Positions 17,816 through 26,199 of a stretch of 45,294 nt of DNA are shown one piece after another (positions within the stretch are counted from its first letter, which is position 1; the number at the start of each line of letters is the position of its first letter). The notes below the pieces were generated by a model, which worked only from the letters and a program-made list of their open reading frames with translations, was not told where the DNA came from and did not search any database. This DNA is from an uncultured Gammaproteobacteria bacterium (lineage in GTDB: Bacteria > Patescibacteriota > Patescibacteriia > 2-01-FULL-39-33), in contig CAYLUK010000001.1 in NCBI GenBank assembly GCA_964386875.1, positions 1-45,294 of the forward strand. Reading direction: 5' to 3'. The position numbers and the translations under genes were made by a program.

Positions 17816-18190
17816 CTACAAGTTTATATAAATGATCAATCCTACTGCCACCAACATTATTAAATTAACCACCGTCATACCAAACGTCAAAAAATAACTT
17901 AAGATTTGTTGCTTCAAATAAAAATACAAACTTAATAAAAAATTAACCATAATTATCACGAGTCCCAACAGTGGAATTACCAATAGTGCATACCAAGGCC
18001 CCAAAGCACTAATACCAAAATAAATATTATAATGAAGGGTGATGTATTCTGATTCTAGCCAAAAATTATAAATTATCGCCAGCCAAACTGCGACATTCAT
18101 TAAAATACTTAAAGCTACGTTCATAAGGATAATCCGATCTCGTCTGGCAACACTGGTGAAAATAAATTCCTGTAATTTAAATAAGATCAT
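17816..18190 (-). CDS. Hypothetical integral membrane protein
   Basis: 3-4 hydrophobic helices. ATG 18190 preferred over the track's TTG 18238. No family recognised. Confidence 0.45.
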   Translation of the reverse strand: MILFKLQEFIFTSVARRDRIILMNVALSILMNVAVWLAIIYNFWLESEYITLHYNIYFGISALGPWYALLVIPLLGLVIIMVNFLLSLYFYLKQQILSYFLTFGMTVVNLIMLVAVGLIIYINL

Positions 18191-18248
18191 ATCTGAAATT
18201 ATAATATTTTTTTTGTCTTTTGTCCAATTGCCAGCCAAAGTTAAAATA

Positions 18249-18277
18249 TTGACTTTTTCTCCATATTATGCTAATAT
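18249..18277 (+). promoter_or_regulatory. Promoter of the surface-glycan operon
   Basis: TTGACT-17 nt (ending TGC, extended -10)-TAATAT, 55 nt upstream of ATG 18333. Confidence 0.55.
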
Positions 18278-18332
18278 AAAACATTAATTAAGAAATTAAT
18301 ATTATAAAAACTAACTAAATTTAGCCAAAATT

Positions 18333-19151
18333 ATGAACCAAGAAAACATCATAAATTCTAAAAACGTCAAAACTATAGTTATTATCACTATCGTAATGAT
18401 GCTTTTAAGCTTGGCAATTAGCGCTGTCCAGACGCCAAAATATCAGTCTTCAGCTAAATTACTCATTGTTATCAACCAAGGAGAAATCGATCCTTATACT
18501 GCCAGCCGTAGCTCTGACTATGTGGCGGGAATTTTGAGTGAAGTGATTTATTCACACTCATTTATTGATGTTGTGCTCAAAACTAATTTTGAATTAAAGG
18601 ACGAACTTGGCTTCAACCGAGAAAAAAGATTGAACAACTGGGAAAAAATGATCAAAACCAAAACCAAAGAAAATCGAGGCATTATTTATATTAATGTCAT
18701 CCATCCGGACAAAAATCAAGCCAACCAATATGCCCAAGCCATCAGCTATGTGCTGATTACCAACCATGACCAGTACCACGGACTCAAAGACAAGGTGACA
18801 ATCAAAATGATCGACAGCCCGACCATATCAGAAAATAAAGTTCAGCCAAAAATTCTATTCAACACCTTACTAGGTTTAATCGTCGGCTTAATTGTCAGCT
18901 TTACTTTTGTAATCGTATTTCCCGAGCAAGAGCTGATTGCCGTCGCTACTTTCCGTAACCGGCCAAACAAAAAAGACGAAACCATTGAACTTGTTGCCAC
19001 CCAAGATCAAAATCCAGAAGAATTTAACGACCAATTCTCAAATACTCAAACACCTGAACAAAATCAGGATGAAGGATTCTTCTTTAATGGTCAGGACAAC
19101 TATGAAAGTTCAGATCCAAATGACCAAACCGGAGAAAATCAAAACTGGTAA
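18333..19151 (+). CDS. Wzz/CpsC-like polysaccharide chain-length determinant with an N/Q/D/E-rich tail
   Basis: TM - periplasmic-type domain (PKYQSSAKLLIV) - TM topology, followed by a roughly 70-aa low-complexity acidic tail. Confidence 0.6.
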   Translation: MNQENIINSKNVKTIVIITIVMMLLSLAISAVQTPKYQSSAKLLIVINQGEIDPYTASRSSDYVAGILSEVIYSHSFIDVVLKTNFELKDELGFNREKRLNNWEKMIKTKTKENRGIIYINVIHPDKNQANQYAQAISYVLITNHDQYHGLKDKVTIKMIDSPTISENKVQPKILFNTLLGLIVGLIVSFTFVIVFPEQELIAVATFRNRPNKKDETIELVATQDQNPEEFNDQFSNTQTPEQNQDEGFFFNGQDNYESSDPNDQTGENQNW

Positions 19152-19157
19152 ATAAAT

Positions 19158-20621
19158 ATGGAACATATTAAGGCATCAAGCGCAATCAACCAATTTTACA
19201 GTATTGCTGCCTACGTCTATCTGGCAGCAATTATTGTAGTTGCAATGTTTTTGGGCATGTCACCCTTAATCTTTTTAGCTTTTGTGCTGATGGCAATAAT
19301 ATTTATTCTGCCTTCAAGCTTCTTGGGGTTGACCATAATTGTCAGTTTTACAATGATCTTTGAAAGATTTTTTACTCTGCAATCTTTGGTCTTAAACCAA
19401 GACATTTATAAAATTTATCCTTTAGATATTATCATTGGTCTGGCAGTAATCGCTTGGCTAATCAGCTTGCGGATCAACAAAAAACCATTCAAAATTCTAT
19501 TTGACTGGCCGGAAAGAATTTTGCTTATTTTTATCATCATTACTTGCGCCTCGTTTTTCCGCAGTCTGGCCAACATTAATACTGAACTGGCAGTCGCTTT
19601 CAGCACTTTCAAAAATTATGCCCTTTATCCAATCTTATATTTCCTGGTAATCTTTATTGTCCAAAATAAAGAACAATTCAAAAAACTTATCAACACCATC
19701 TTATTGTCTGGGCTAGCAATTATCACCTTTATTGTGATTGGTGCCATCAGGGGTCAGGGCTTATGGACTGAATTTACTCCCCTATCCACCACCGGCGTCA
19801 GGCTACTGGCCAGCACCCATGCTTTCTATCTGCTCCTCGTCATTTTAATTGCAACCAGCTTAGTTATTTTTGATCGCTTTTGGAACAAGGGAGTAATATT
19901 TTTAATCATTTGGGTGTGGATAATCGGCATTATGACTTCAATGATGAGGCACTTATGGCTGGCTCTGCCCTTTGGGCTGATGATAATCTTTTTACTGCTG
20001 AAAAAAAACAACCAGAAGAAAGCCCTGGTTTTTGCGGGCAAAAATATTCTAATTGCCTTGTCAATAATTGCCATTATTATCATGGCAGTTGTCATCTTCA
20101 ACCAGCAAGATAATTTTGACAATATCAGTGGTAATATTAAAAACATTGAAACCAGATTTATTTCTATCTTAGAAACCGGCCAAGATACTAGTGTTAATTG
20201 GCGCATCGGCCTTTGGCAATCAGCCAAAAAGTCATGGCAAGCCAGTCCAATCTTTGGTATTGGCCTAGGACGCAACATTTCTCTGGAAGTCGGCGACTGG
20301 CGCGCGTATGAAGAAGTCAGAAATTTGCATAATTCACTTCTGGCGATCACAATTCAAATGGGAATCTTGGGCATTACTGCCTTTGGTCTATTTATCTTGT
20401 CAGTTTTAGCAAAAAGCTGGAAGGTTGCCATGTCTGACCCGGAACTCAAGCCATACTTTATCGGAATCATCGCCTGCATTCTGACAATTTTATTTTGTAG
20501 TTTGTTTCAACCATATCTTGAGACTAATTTGACCGGCATTTTTCTTTGGCTGATGCTTGGTATCTTACGAACCAGCGCGATAATTATCAACCAACATGTT
20601 AAAAATACTACAAGTCAATAA
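19158..20621 (+). CDS. O-antigen ligase/polymerase-like (Wzy_C domain) membrane protein
   Basis: About 11-12 TM segments. Large loop with NLHNSLLAITIQMGILG, typical of the Wzy_C family. Confidence 0.7.
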   Translation: MEHIKASSAINQFYSIAAYVYLAAIIVVAMFLGMSPLIFLAFVLMAIIFILPSSFLGLTIIVSFTMIFERFFTLQSLVLNQDIYKIYPLDIIIGLAVIAWLISLRINKKPFKILFDWPERILLIFIIITCASFFRSLANINTELAVAFSTFKNYALYPILYFLVIFIVQNKEQFKKLINTILLSGLAIITFIVIGAIRGQGLWTEFTPLSTTGVRLLASTHAFYLLLVILIATSLVIFDRFWNKGVIFLIIWVWIIGIMTSMMRHLWLALPFGLMIIFLLLKKNNQKKALVFAGKNILIALSIIAIIIMAVVIFNQQDNFDNISGNIKNIETRFISILETGQDTSVNWRIGLWQSAKKSWQASPIFGIGLGRNISLEVGDWRAYEEVRNLHNSLLAITIQMGILGITAFGLFILSVLAKSWKVAMSDPELKPYFIGIIACILTILFCSLFQPYLETNLTGIFLWLMLGILRTSAIIINQHVKNTTSQ

Positions 20622-21813
20622 ATTCTTTTATCATCGTGGCGGGACAGAATCCTTCTTCTTTGACTTGTCAAAACTACTCCGCCAGCATGGCAATGAGGTG
20701 GTATTCTTTTCTCAACATAACCCGCGCAATCAATCCGACCAAGATGAAAAATATTTTATCCCAAATATTGAGCTGGGTAAATTCAACTGGCCGGCTTTAA
20801 TAAATCTAGGACGAATGTTCTGGTCTTTTACCGCCCAGAAAAAAATTAAACAGTTAATAAAAACCGAACAGCCTGATATTGCTCATATTCACAATATTTA
20901 TCATCAAATCTCACCCTCAATTTTGCCGATACTAAAATCAGCTGGCATACCAATTGTAATGACTGTGCATGACTTTAAGCTGATTAAGCCGGATTATACT
21001 TTACGGGCTGACAACAAAAAAGTAATCCACAAAAATTCAATTGTGGCTGACACTATATTGAAGTTAGAATTTTACTGGCATAAACTGCTCAAAATTTATC
21101 AAAAAAATGTTGACTTGTTCATCGCGCCGTCAGAATTTGTCAAAAACAAATTAATCGCGGGTGGCTTTGATAATAAAAAGATACAAGTCGTCCCCCATTT
21201 TATTGACACTAGTAATTATCCAAACGCCAGTGCCAAAATCGGCAATTATATCTTGTATTTTGGCCGACTGGATGAGAGCAAGGGCATTGATACACTGATT
21301 AAAGCATTAGCTGATACTGATGATAAAAGTATTATGCTCAAAATTGTCGGCAGTGGCCCGATGGAAAATGATCTTAAATCGTTAATCAGAGATTTAGATC
21401 TAAATAGTCGAATAGAACTGCTCGGTCAAAAAGATAAGGCGCAACTGATTGAAATTATCAGTGACTGTATGTTCACTGTTGTGCCCTCGCGTGTCCACGA
21501 AACTTTCGGTTTAAGCGCGCTTGAGAGCATGGCCTGTGGCAAGCCGGTCATTGCTACTTCAGCCGGCGCTCTTGATGAACTGGTAAAAGATCGTCAAACC
21601 GGACTAATTGTCAATGTAAATGACGCCAGTGGACTGACAGAAAAAATTAATTATCTTATCAGCAACCAAACTGAAATAATCAACTTGGGCAAAAATGCTC
21701 GCAAGCTAGCTGAAGAATATTCACCCCAAAGACATATCGACGCCATAACAAAAATATATCAATATTGTCATTCGGCTCCTCGCGAGGGGCTGAACCCAGC
21801 CCCTAATTTATGA
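20596..21813 (+). CDS. GT4-family glycosyltransferase
   Basis: MLKILQVNKFFYHRGG N-terminus and E-x7-E motif ETFGLSALESMACGKPVI. The GC-rich palindromic 3' end encodes the last 13 aa. Confidence 0.85.
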   Translation: MLKILQVNKFFYHRGGTESFFFDLSKLLRQHGNEVVFFSQHNPRNQSDQDEKYFIPNIELGKFNWPALINLGRMFWSFTAQKKIKQLIKTEQPDIAHIHNIYHQISPSILPILKSAGIPIVMTVHDFKLIKPDYTLRADNKKVIHKNSIVADTILKLEFYWHKLLKIYQKNVDLFIAPSEFVKNKLIAGGFDNKKIQVVPHFIDTSNYPNASAKIGNYILYFGRLDESKGIDTLIKALADTDDKSIMLKIVGSGPMENDLKSLIRDLDLNSRIELLGQKDKAQLIEIISDCMFTVVPSRVHETFGLSALESMACGKPVIATSAGALDELVKDRQTGLIVNVNDASGLTEKINYLISNQTEIINLGKNARKLAEEYSPQRHIDAITKIYQYCHSAPREGLNPAPNL

Positions 21814-23858
21814 AAAAAATAATTACCACAATTGGTATTTTGATTATATTAATCCCCTTCCATCTGGGGCAGGCTTATAATCTGCCAGATCATGATTTCC
21901 CCCGACTGGTTAATCTATATTGGAAAACACCACTTACCAAGACTGATGCCACAAAATTGGCCAAATGGGATATGGTGGCCTTAGATATGCAAGCCCAAAC
22001 TAACAGCCGAGAGGCAATCAACTATCTAAGGCAATTAAATCCCAATATTATTATTTTGGCTTATACCTCTGCCAATGAAGTGCCAAAAGAACGGCTGAAG
22101 ATTATTGAGCCCAACGGCCAAGGATTATGGCACAACCTAGTATCTGAAATTAATGACCAATGGTATTTAAAAACCACTTCCGGAAAGAATATTTCTTGGT
22201 GGGCAGGTAATGTGTCAATGAATTTATATACCCAAAACAGCCAAGGTCAAACTTACGCTGATTATCTGGCTGATTTTTATACTGATCAAGTATTATCAAC
22301 CGGCCTGTGGGACGGATTACTTTTTGACAATACTTGGCAGAATGTATATTGGGTCAATAAAGACATTGACATTGATGGCGACTCATATCGAGACAATGAA
22401 GAAGAAATTGACCGACGTTGGCGCGAAGGACACATCAACTTATTTGAAAATTTGAGAAATAAATTTGGCTCGAAATATCTGATCTTGGGCAATGGTGATG
22501 GCCAATTTGAATTCGTCACCAATGGCCGAGTATTTGAAGGCTTTCCGGAATATTATGAAGGTGAGTGGACAGGATCAATGAGTCGCTACCAAGACACCAA
22601 TCAATCCGGCTATAATCCCAGAATAAATATTATCAACAGTGACACCGACAATACCGGTAATCGCTCTGATTATCGGGCGATGAGATACGGCCTAACCAGC
22701 ACCCTGCTTGCTGACGGCTATTACAGCTTTGATTATGGCACCCAGCTTCGAGAGTATTTCTGGTGGTATGATGAATATGATGTAAATTTGGGTAAACCCA
22801 AAACTTCAGCTTTTGACCTGCTAAACAATAAAAAAACTGATATTGCCAAAAGTATTTGGCAAAGGGATTTTGAGAGTGGCGTTGTGTTGGTAAATTCAAC
22901 TGATAATTCCCAAAAAATTAAATTCAATTCAGAATATGAAAAACTTCACGGCACTCAGGACCAAGCAATTAACAATGGCGCGATTATCAACCAGCTTACT
23001 ATTGCTCCAAAAGACGGCATCATTCTACTCCGTCCAATTGAAAAAATCATCAATGCGGTTTTTACCAACGGCTCATTTGCTCGAATTTTCAACGGCTCCG
23101 GCCACAATATTAGAACCGGATTTTTCGCTTATGATGAAAACTTTCGTGGCAGTACCAAAATCATCTACACTGATATTGATCATGATACCAGAGCTGAAAC
23201 CATTGTGGCCAATAGTAATAAAGTTGAAATTTATAATGAATATAATGACAAATTGAAAACCATTTATCCATACGGCCACAATTATCAGTCGGGAATTTCA
23301 CTCGCTACTGCCGACATCAACGGCGACGGCCAGATTGAAATAATCACCAGTCCGGAAATTGGCATGTCCAATGAAATCAAAATTTTTAACTGGAAAGGCA
23401 ATGAACTATTCAGTTTCTACGCCTTCAATCAAGCTTGGGTGAATCTGGGAGCTAATGTTGCCGTCGGTGATATTAGTGGCGACGGTGAAGTGGAAATTAT
23501 CGCTTCAGCCAGCAATAAAGGCGGTCCGCACGTGAGAATTTTTGATAAAAATGGTAAACTAATATCAAATGGCTTCTTTGCTTATGATTCGGCTTTCCGC
23601 GGTGGTGTCAATTTGGCCACTGGTGATATCAACGGTGATGGCATTAACGAAATAATTACCGGTCCAGGTTTTGGCGGTGGTCCGCACGTGAGAATTTTCA
23701 ATCAAGCCGGCGAAGCGCTCGGCCAATGGTTTACGGCTGATGCCAATATTCGCGAAGGCATCAAAGTGGCTGTGTCTGATATTGACAACGACGGCACTGA
23801 TGAAATCATCACTTTGACCACCAATGTTTTTACTTATAGCTCGTATATAAGAAATTAA
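21810..23858 (+). CDS. Secreted putative glycoside hydrolase (GHL15/GH114-like TIM barrel) fused to FG-GAP repeats
   Basis: Signal peptide. WDMVALDMQ..., GLWDGLLFDN. C-terminal repeats ADINGDGQIEIIT, GDISGDGEVEIIA, GDINGDGINEIIT, SDIDNDGTDEIIT. ATGA overlap with the upstream GT gene. Confidence 0.65.
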   Translation: MKKIITTIGILIILIPFHLGQAYNLPDHDFPRLVNLYWKTPLTKTDATKLAKWDMVALDMQAQTNSREAINYLRQLNPNIIILAYTSANEVPKERLKIIEPNGQGLWHNLVSEINDQWYLKTTSGKNISWWAGNVSMNLYTQNSQGQTYADYLADFYTDQVLSTGLWDGLLFDNTWQNVYWVNKDIDIDGDSYRDNEEEIDRRWREGHINLFENLRNKFGSKYLILGNGDGQFEFVTNGRVFEGFPEYYEGEWTGSMSRYQDTNQSGYNPRINIINSDTDNTGNRSDYRAMRYGLTSTLLADGYYSFDYGTQLREYFWWYDEYDVNLGKPKTSAFDLLNNKKTDIAKSIWQRDFESGVVLVNSTDNSQKIKFNSEYEKLHGTQDQAINNGAIINQLTIAPKDGIILLRPIEKIINAVFTNGSFARIFNGSGHNIRTGFFAYDENFRGSTKIIYTDIDHDTRAETIVANSNKVEIYNEYNDKLKTIYPYGHNYQSGISLATADINGDGQIEIITSPEIGMSNEIKIFNWKGNELFSFYAFNQAWVNLGANVAVGDISGDGEVEIIASASNKGGPHVRIFDKNGKLISNGFFAYDSAFRGGVNLATGDINGDGINEIITGPGFGGGPHVRIFNQAGEALGQWFTADANIREGIKVAVSDIDNDGTDEIITLTTNVFTYSSYIRN

Positions 23859-23870
23859 GAAATTAATTAT

Positions 23871-25772
23871 ATGACTAACAACGGAAAACAACCAACTGAC
23901 ATCCGGGAGATAAAACCGGAACAAACCAAAATCATCGAGGCTAACGATCAGTCAGCAGTTATAATTGAACCCCAAAAATTAGATGTCAGAAAGGGTGGCA
24001 ATATTATTATTGGCACCTTAAATATCTTTGCCACGCCGGTCAAAAACCGCTGGCAAAAACATTATCATCCCAAAAACAAAAACTGGCATATTCACCTGAT
24101 TATGGATGCGATTTTAGCCATCATTATTTTAGGACTGATTACCGTTAATATTTATATTTTGAGCTATGGTGAATTTGGTCCGACCAGTAAAGTGGAAATT
24201 ACCATTACAACTAATAGTGAACTGATAATCAGTGGACAAAAAACCAGTTTTGTGATTGATTATAAAAACGGCTCCAAAACCAAACTGACTGATGCCAGCT
24301 TAACTGTTAATCTGCCGGAACACTTCATTATCAATGAAGTATCGCTCCAGACAATATTTACCAACCACAGTAATACATTTTCTCTTGGTGATTTAAATAG
24401 CGGCAGTAATGGCGAAATTACAATTACCGGTGTTGTCCTCGGCCAAACAGATCAAGCCCAAAACATTGACGCATCATTAAGCTTCAAACTTGAAAACTCA
24501 AACCGGAGACAAAGCAAACCAACCAGCTACCAATATGTTATAGCCGGATCAAATCTATCCTTGGCAATAGAAATGCCAAGCCAAGTGTCAAATGGCCAAA
24601 CATTTAATGGTCAAATCAAATACCAAAATAATTCATCAATTGATATTGCCAAACTAATTATCAATTACAGCGCCAACGGCAATAATTTTCAACTGACTGA
24701 TTCATCGCAAATTATCAAAGATAACTCCTGGACAATTATTTACCTTAAAGCCGGCACTGACGGCCAAATTAATTTTTCCGGTAAATTTATCAACTCGCCG
24801 GATGAAAGCGACGCGTCAATAGAATATATGATGGCGATTGGCCTGGGCAATAATGAATTAATCCAACAAAAAATCACCAAAGAAATAACTATCGCCCACT
24901 CAAAATTTAATTTGGAAATTACCGGCCAAAACAACAATATTGATTCCGATAAAGACAGTCAATATAATATCAGCTATCTTAATCAAGAAAATTTTACTCT
25001 GCAAAATGTCACTATCTCGGCCAAATTTGATTCTAATTTGGTTGACAACAATATAATCACTTGGACCAAAGCCGACTTGCCGGAATTGGCCAATATCGCG
25101 CCGGGACAAACCGGAGCAATTTCTTTTCCCATTAAAATCAAATCCACTATCAGTCAACTGACCGAAACTGACAAAAACTTTACGCTCCAAGCCGTGGCCG
25201 AAGCCACCTACCAAACCGCTGATGGCACCAATAATAAATTTTACAGTTTTTCCGACCGGCTAATTCAAAAACTAAATACCGACCTCAATCTCAAAGCCTT
25301 TGGCCGGTATTATACCCAAGAAGGCGACCAGCTTGGCATTGGACCAACACCGCCGATAGTCGGGCAAGTCACTAAATATTGGATATTTTTTAATCTGGAA
25401 AATAAATATAATGATGTTAGTGACGTTATGGTGTCGGCTCGGTTGCCTGAAAATATCTCCTTCACCGGCAAAACCAGCACCACCGAAGATCAACCACCAA
25501 TATTTAACGCCAACAACCGACAAATAAGCTGGCAGATAAATACTGTGACAGCGCCATCTGAATTTTTCTCCAGTATTGGGGCGACATTTGAAATAGAGCT
25601 TATTCCGCAAAATACCGACATTGGCAAAACTGTTGATTTAATAACAAACATTTCAATCACTGGCAATGATGTGTTTACTGGCTACAAAATAATTAAAACT
25701 GTGGATAATATCACGACTAATTTGACCAACGACACCAAGGAAAATAGTGGAGGTGTTGTTCAAGGACAATAA
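23871..25772 (+). CDS. Large membrane-anchored surface protein with repeated beta-sandwich (DUF11/CARDB-like) modules
   Basis: Roughly 75-aa cytoplasmic N-terminus, one TM (IHLIMDAILAIIILGLITVNIYIL), then about 530 aa rich in N/T/S/I with a periodic beta-strand pattern. Confidence 0.55.
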   Translation: MTNNGKQPTDIREIKPEQTKIIEANDQSAVIIEPQKLDVRKGGNIIIGTLNIFATPVKNRWQKHYHPKNKNWHIHLIMDAILAIIILGLITVNIYILSYGEFGPTSKVEITITTNSELIISGQKTSFVIDYKNGSKTKLTDASLTVNLPEHFIINEVSLQTIFTNHSNTFSLGDLNSGSNGEITITGVVLGQTDQAQNIDASLSFKLENSNRRQSKPTSYQYVIAGSNLSLAIEMPSQVSNGQTFNGQIKYQNNSSIDIAKLIINYSANGNNFQLTDSSQIIKDNSWTIIYLKAGTDGQINFSGKFINSPDESDASIEYMMAIGLGNNELIQQKITKEITIAHSKFNLEITGQNNNIDSDKDSQYNISYLNQENFTLQNVTISAKFDSNLVDNNIITWTKADLPELANIAPGQTGAISFPIKIKSTISQLTETDKNFTLQAVAEATYQTADGTNNKFYSFSDRLIQKLNTDLNLKAFGRYYTQEGDQLGIGPTPPIVGQVTKYWIFFNLENKYNDVSDVMVSARLPENISFTGKTSTTEDQPPIFNANNRQISWQINTVTAPSEFFSSIGATFEIELIPQNTDIGKTVDLITNISITGNDVFTGYKIIKTVDNITTNLTNDTKENSGGVVQGQ

Positions 25773-25810
25773 TTCAACTCAATTAAAAACGTTTAATAAA
25801 TACCCAAATT

Positions 25811-25845
25811 ACCCGATTTTAAGCATCTAAAATCCGGGTTTTTTG
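25811..25845 (+). terminator. Intrinsic terminator of the glycan operon
   Basis: ACCCGATTTT-aagcatct-AAAATCCGGGT followed by TTTTTT. Confidence 0.65.
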
Positions 25846-25922
25846 ATTAAAAAATATCTAAATTTATACAAATATACCAAAAAATAAAAATACCAATCAC
25901 TGATTACTTTTTAAGGGCTGTC

Positions 25923-25977
25923 TAGTTAACATTAGTCACCCTTATCTTATCAAAAAGTAACCCTTTAATGTTAACTA
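25923..25977. repeat. Perfect 12-bp inverted repeat, its right arm ending 9 nt upstream of the P1 -35 hexamer
   Basis: TAGTTAACATTA (25923-25934) and TAATGTTAACTA (25966-25977), 31-nt spacer. Confidence 0.85.
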
Positions 25978-25986
25978 TACAATGGC

Positions 25987-26015
25987 TTGACAAAATATAA
26001 TATATTTGCTAAGAT
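25987..26015 (+). promoter_or_regulatory. Promoter P1 of the first GC-rich block
   Basis: GGCTTGACA-17 nt (ending TGC)-TAAGAT. 15/15 nt AATGGCTTGACAAAA identical to P2. About 180-nt leader. Confidence 0.6.
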
Positions 26016-26199
26016 ATTCCATTAAGCAGGTTTTTAACCTTGCTTATAAATTAAGGAGAAATTGAACCTTGAAAACAATCCAGTCAGAAAATGACTGGTG
26101 AAAATATATATAAGGGAAGAGAGGTAACAAAAACCAAACAACAACAGGGACAAAGGGTTCCCTAAAACTGGCTAAAAACCAGCAGAAAAGGAGACAAGA

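Noticed and set aside
26075-26110. A TTG-initiated 10-codon leader peptide (LNLENNPVRK) behind the AAGGAG in the P1 leader.
   Set aside because: The SD-start spacing is only 3 nt, the start is non-ATG, and the otherwise similar P2 leader has no counterpart.
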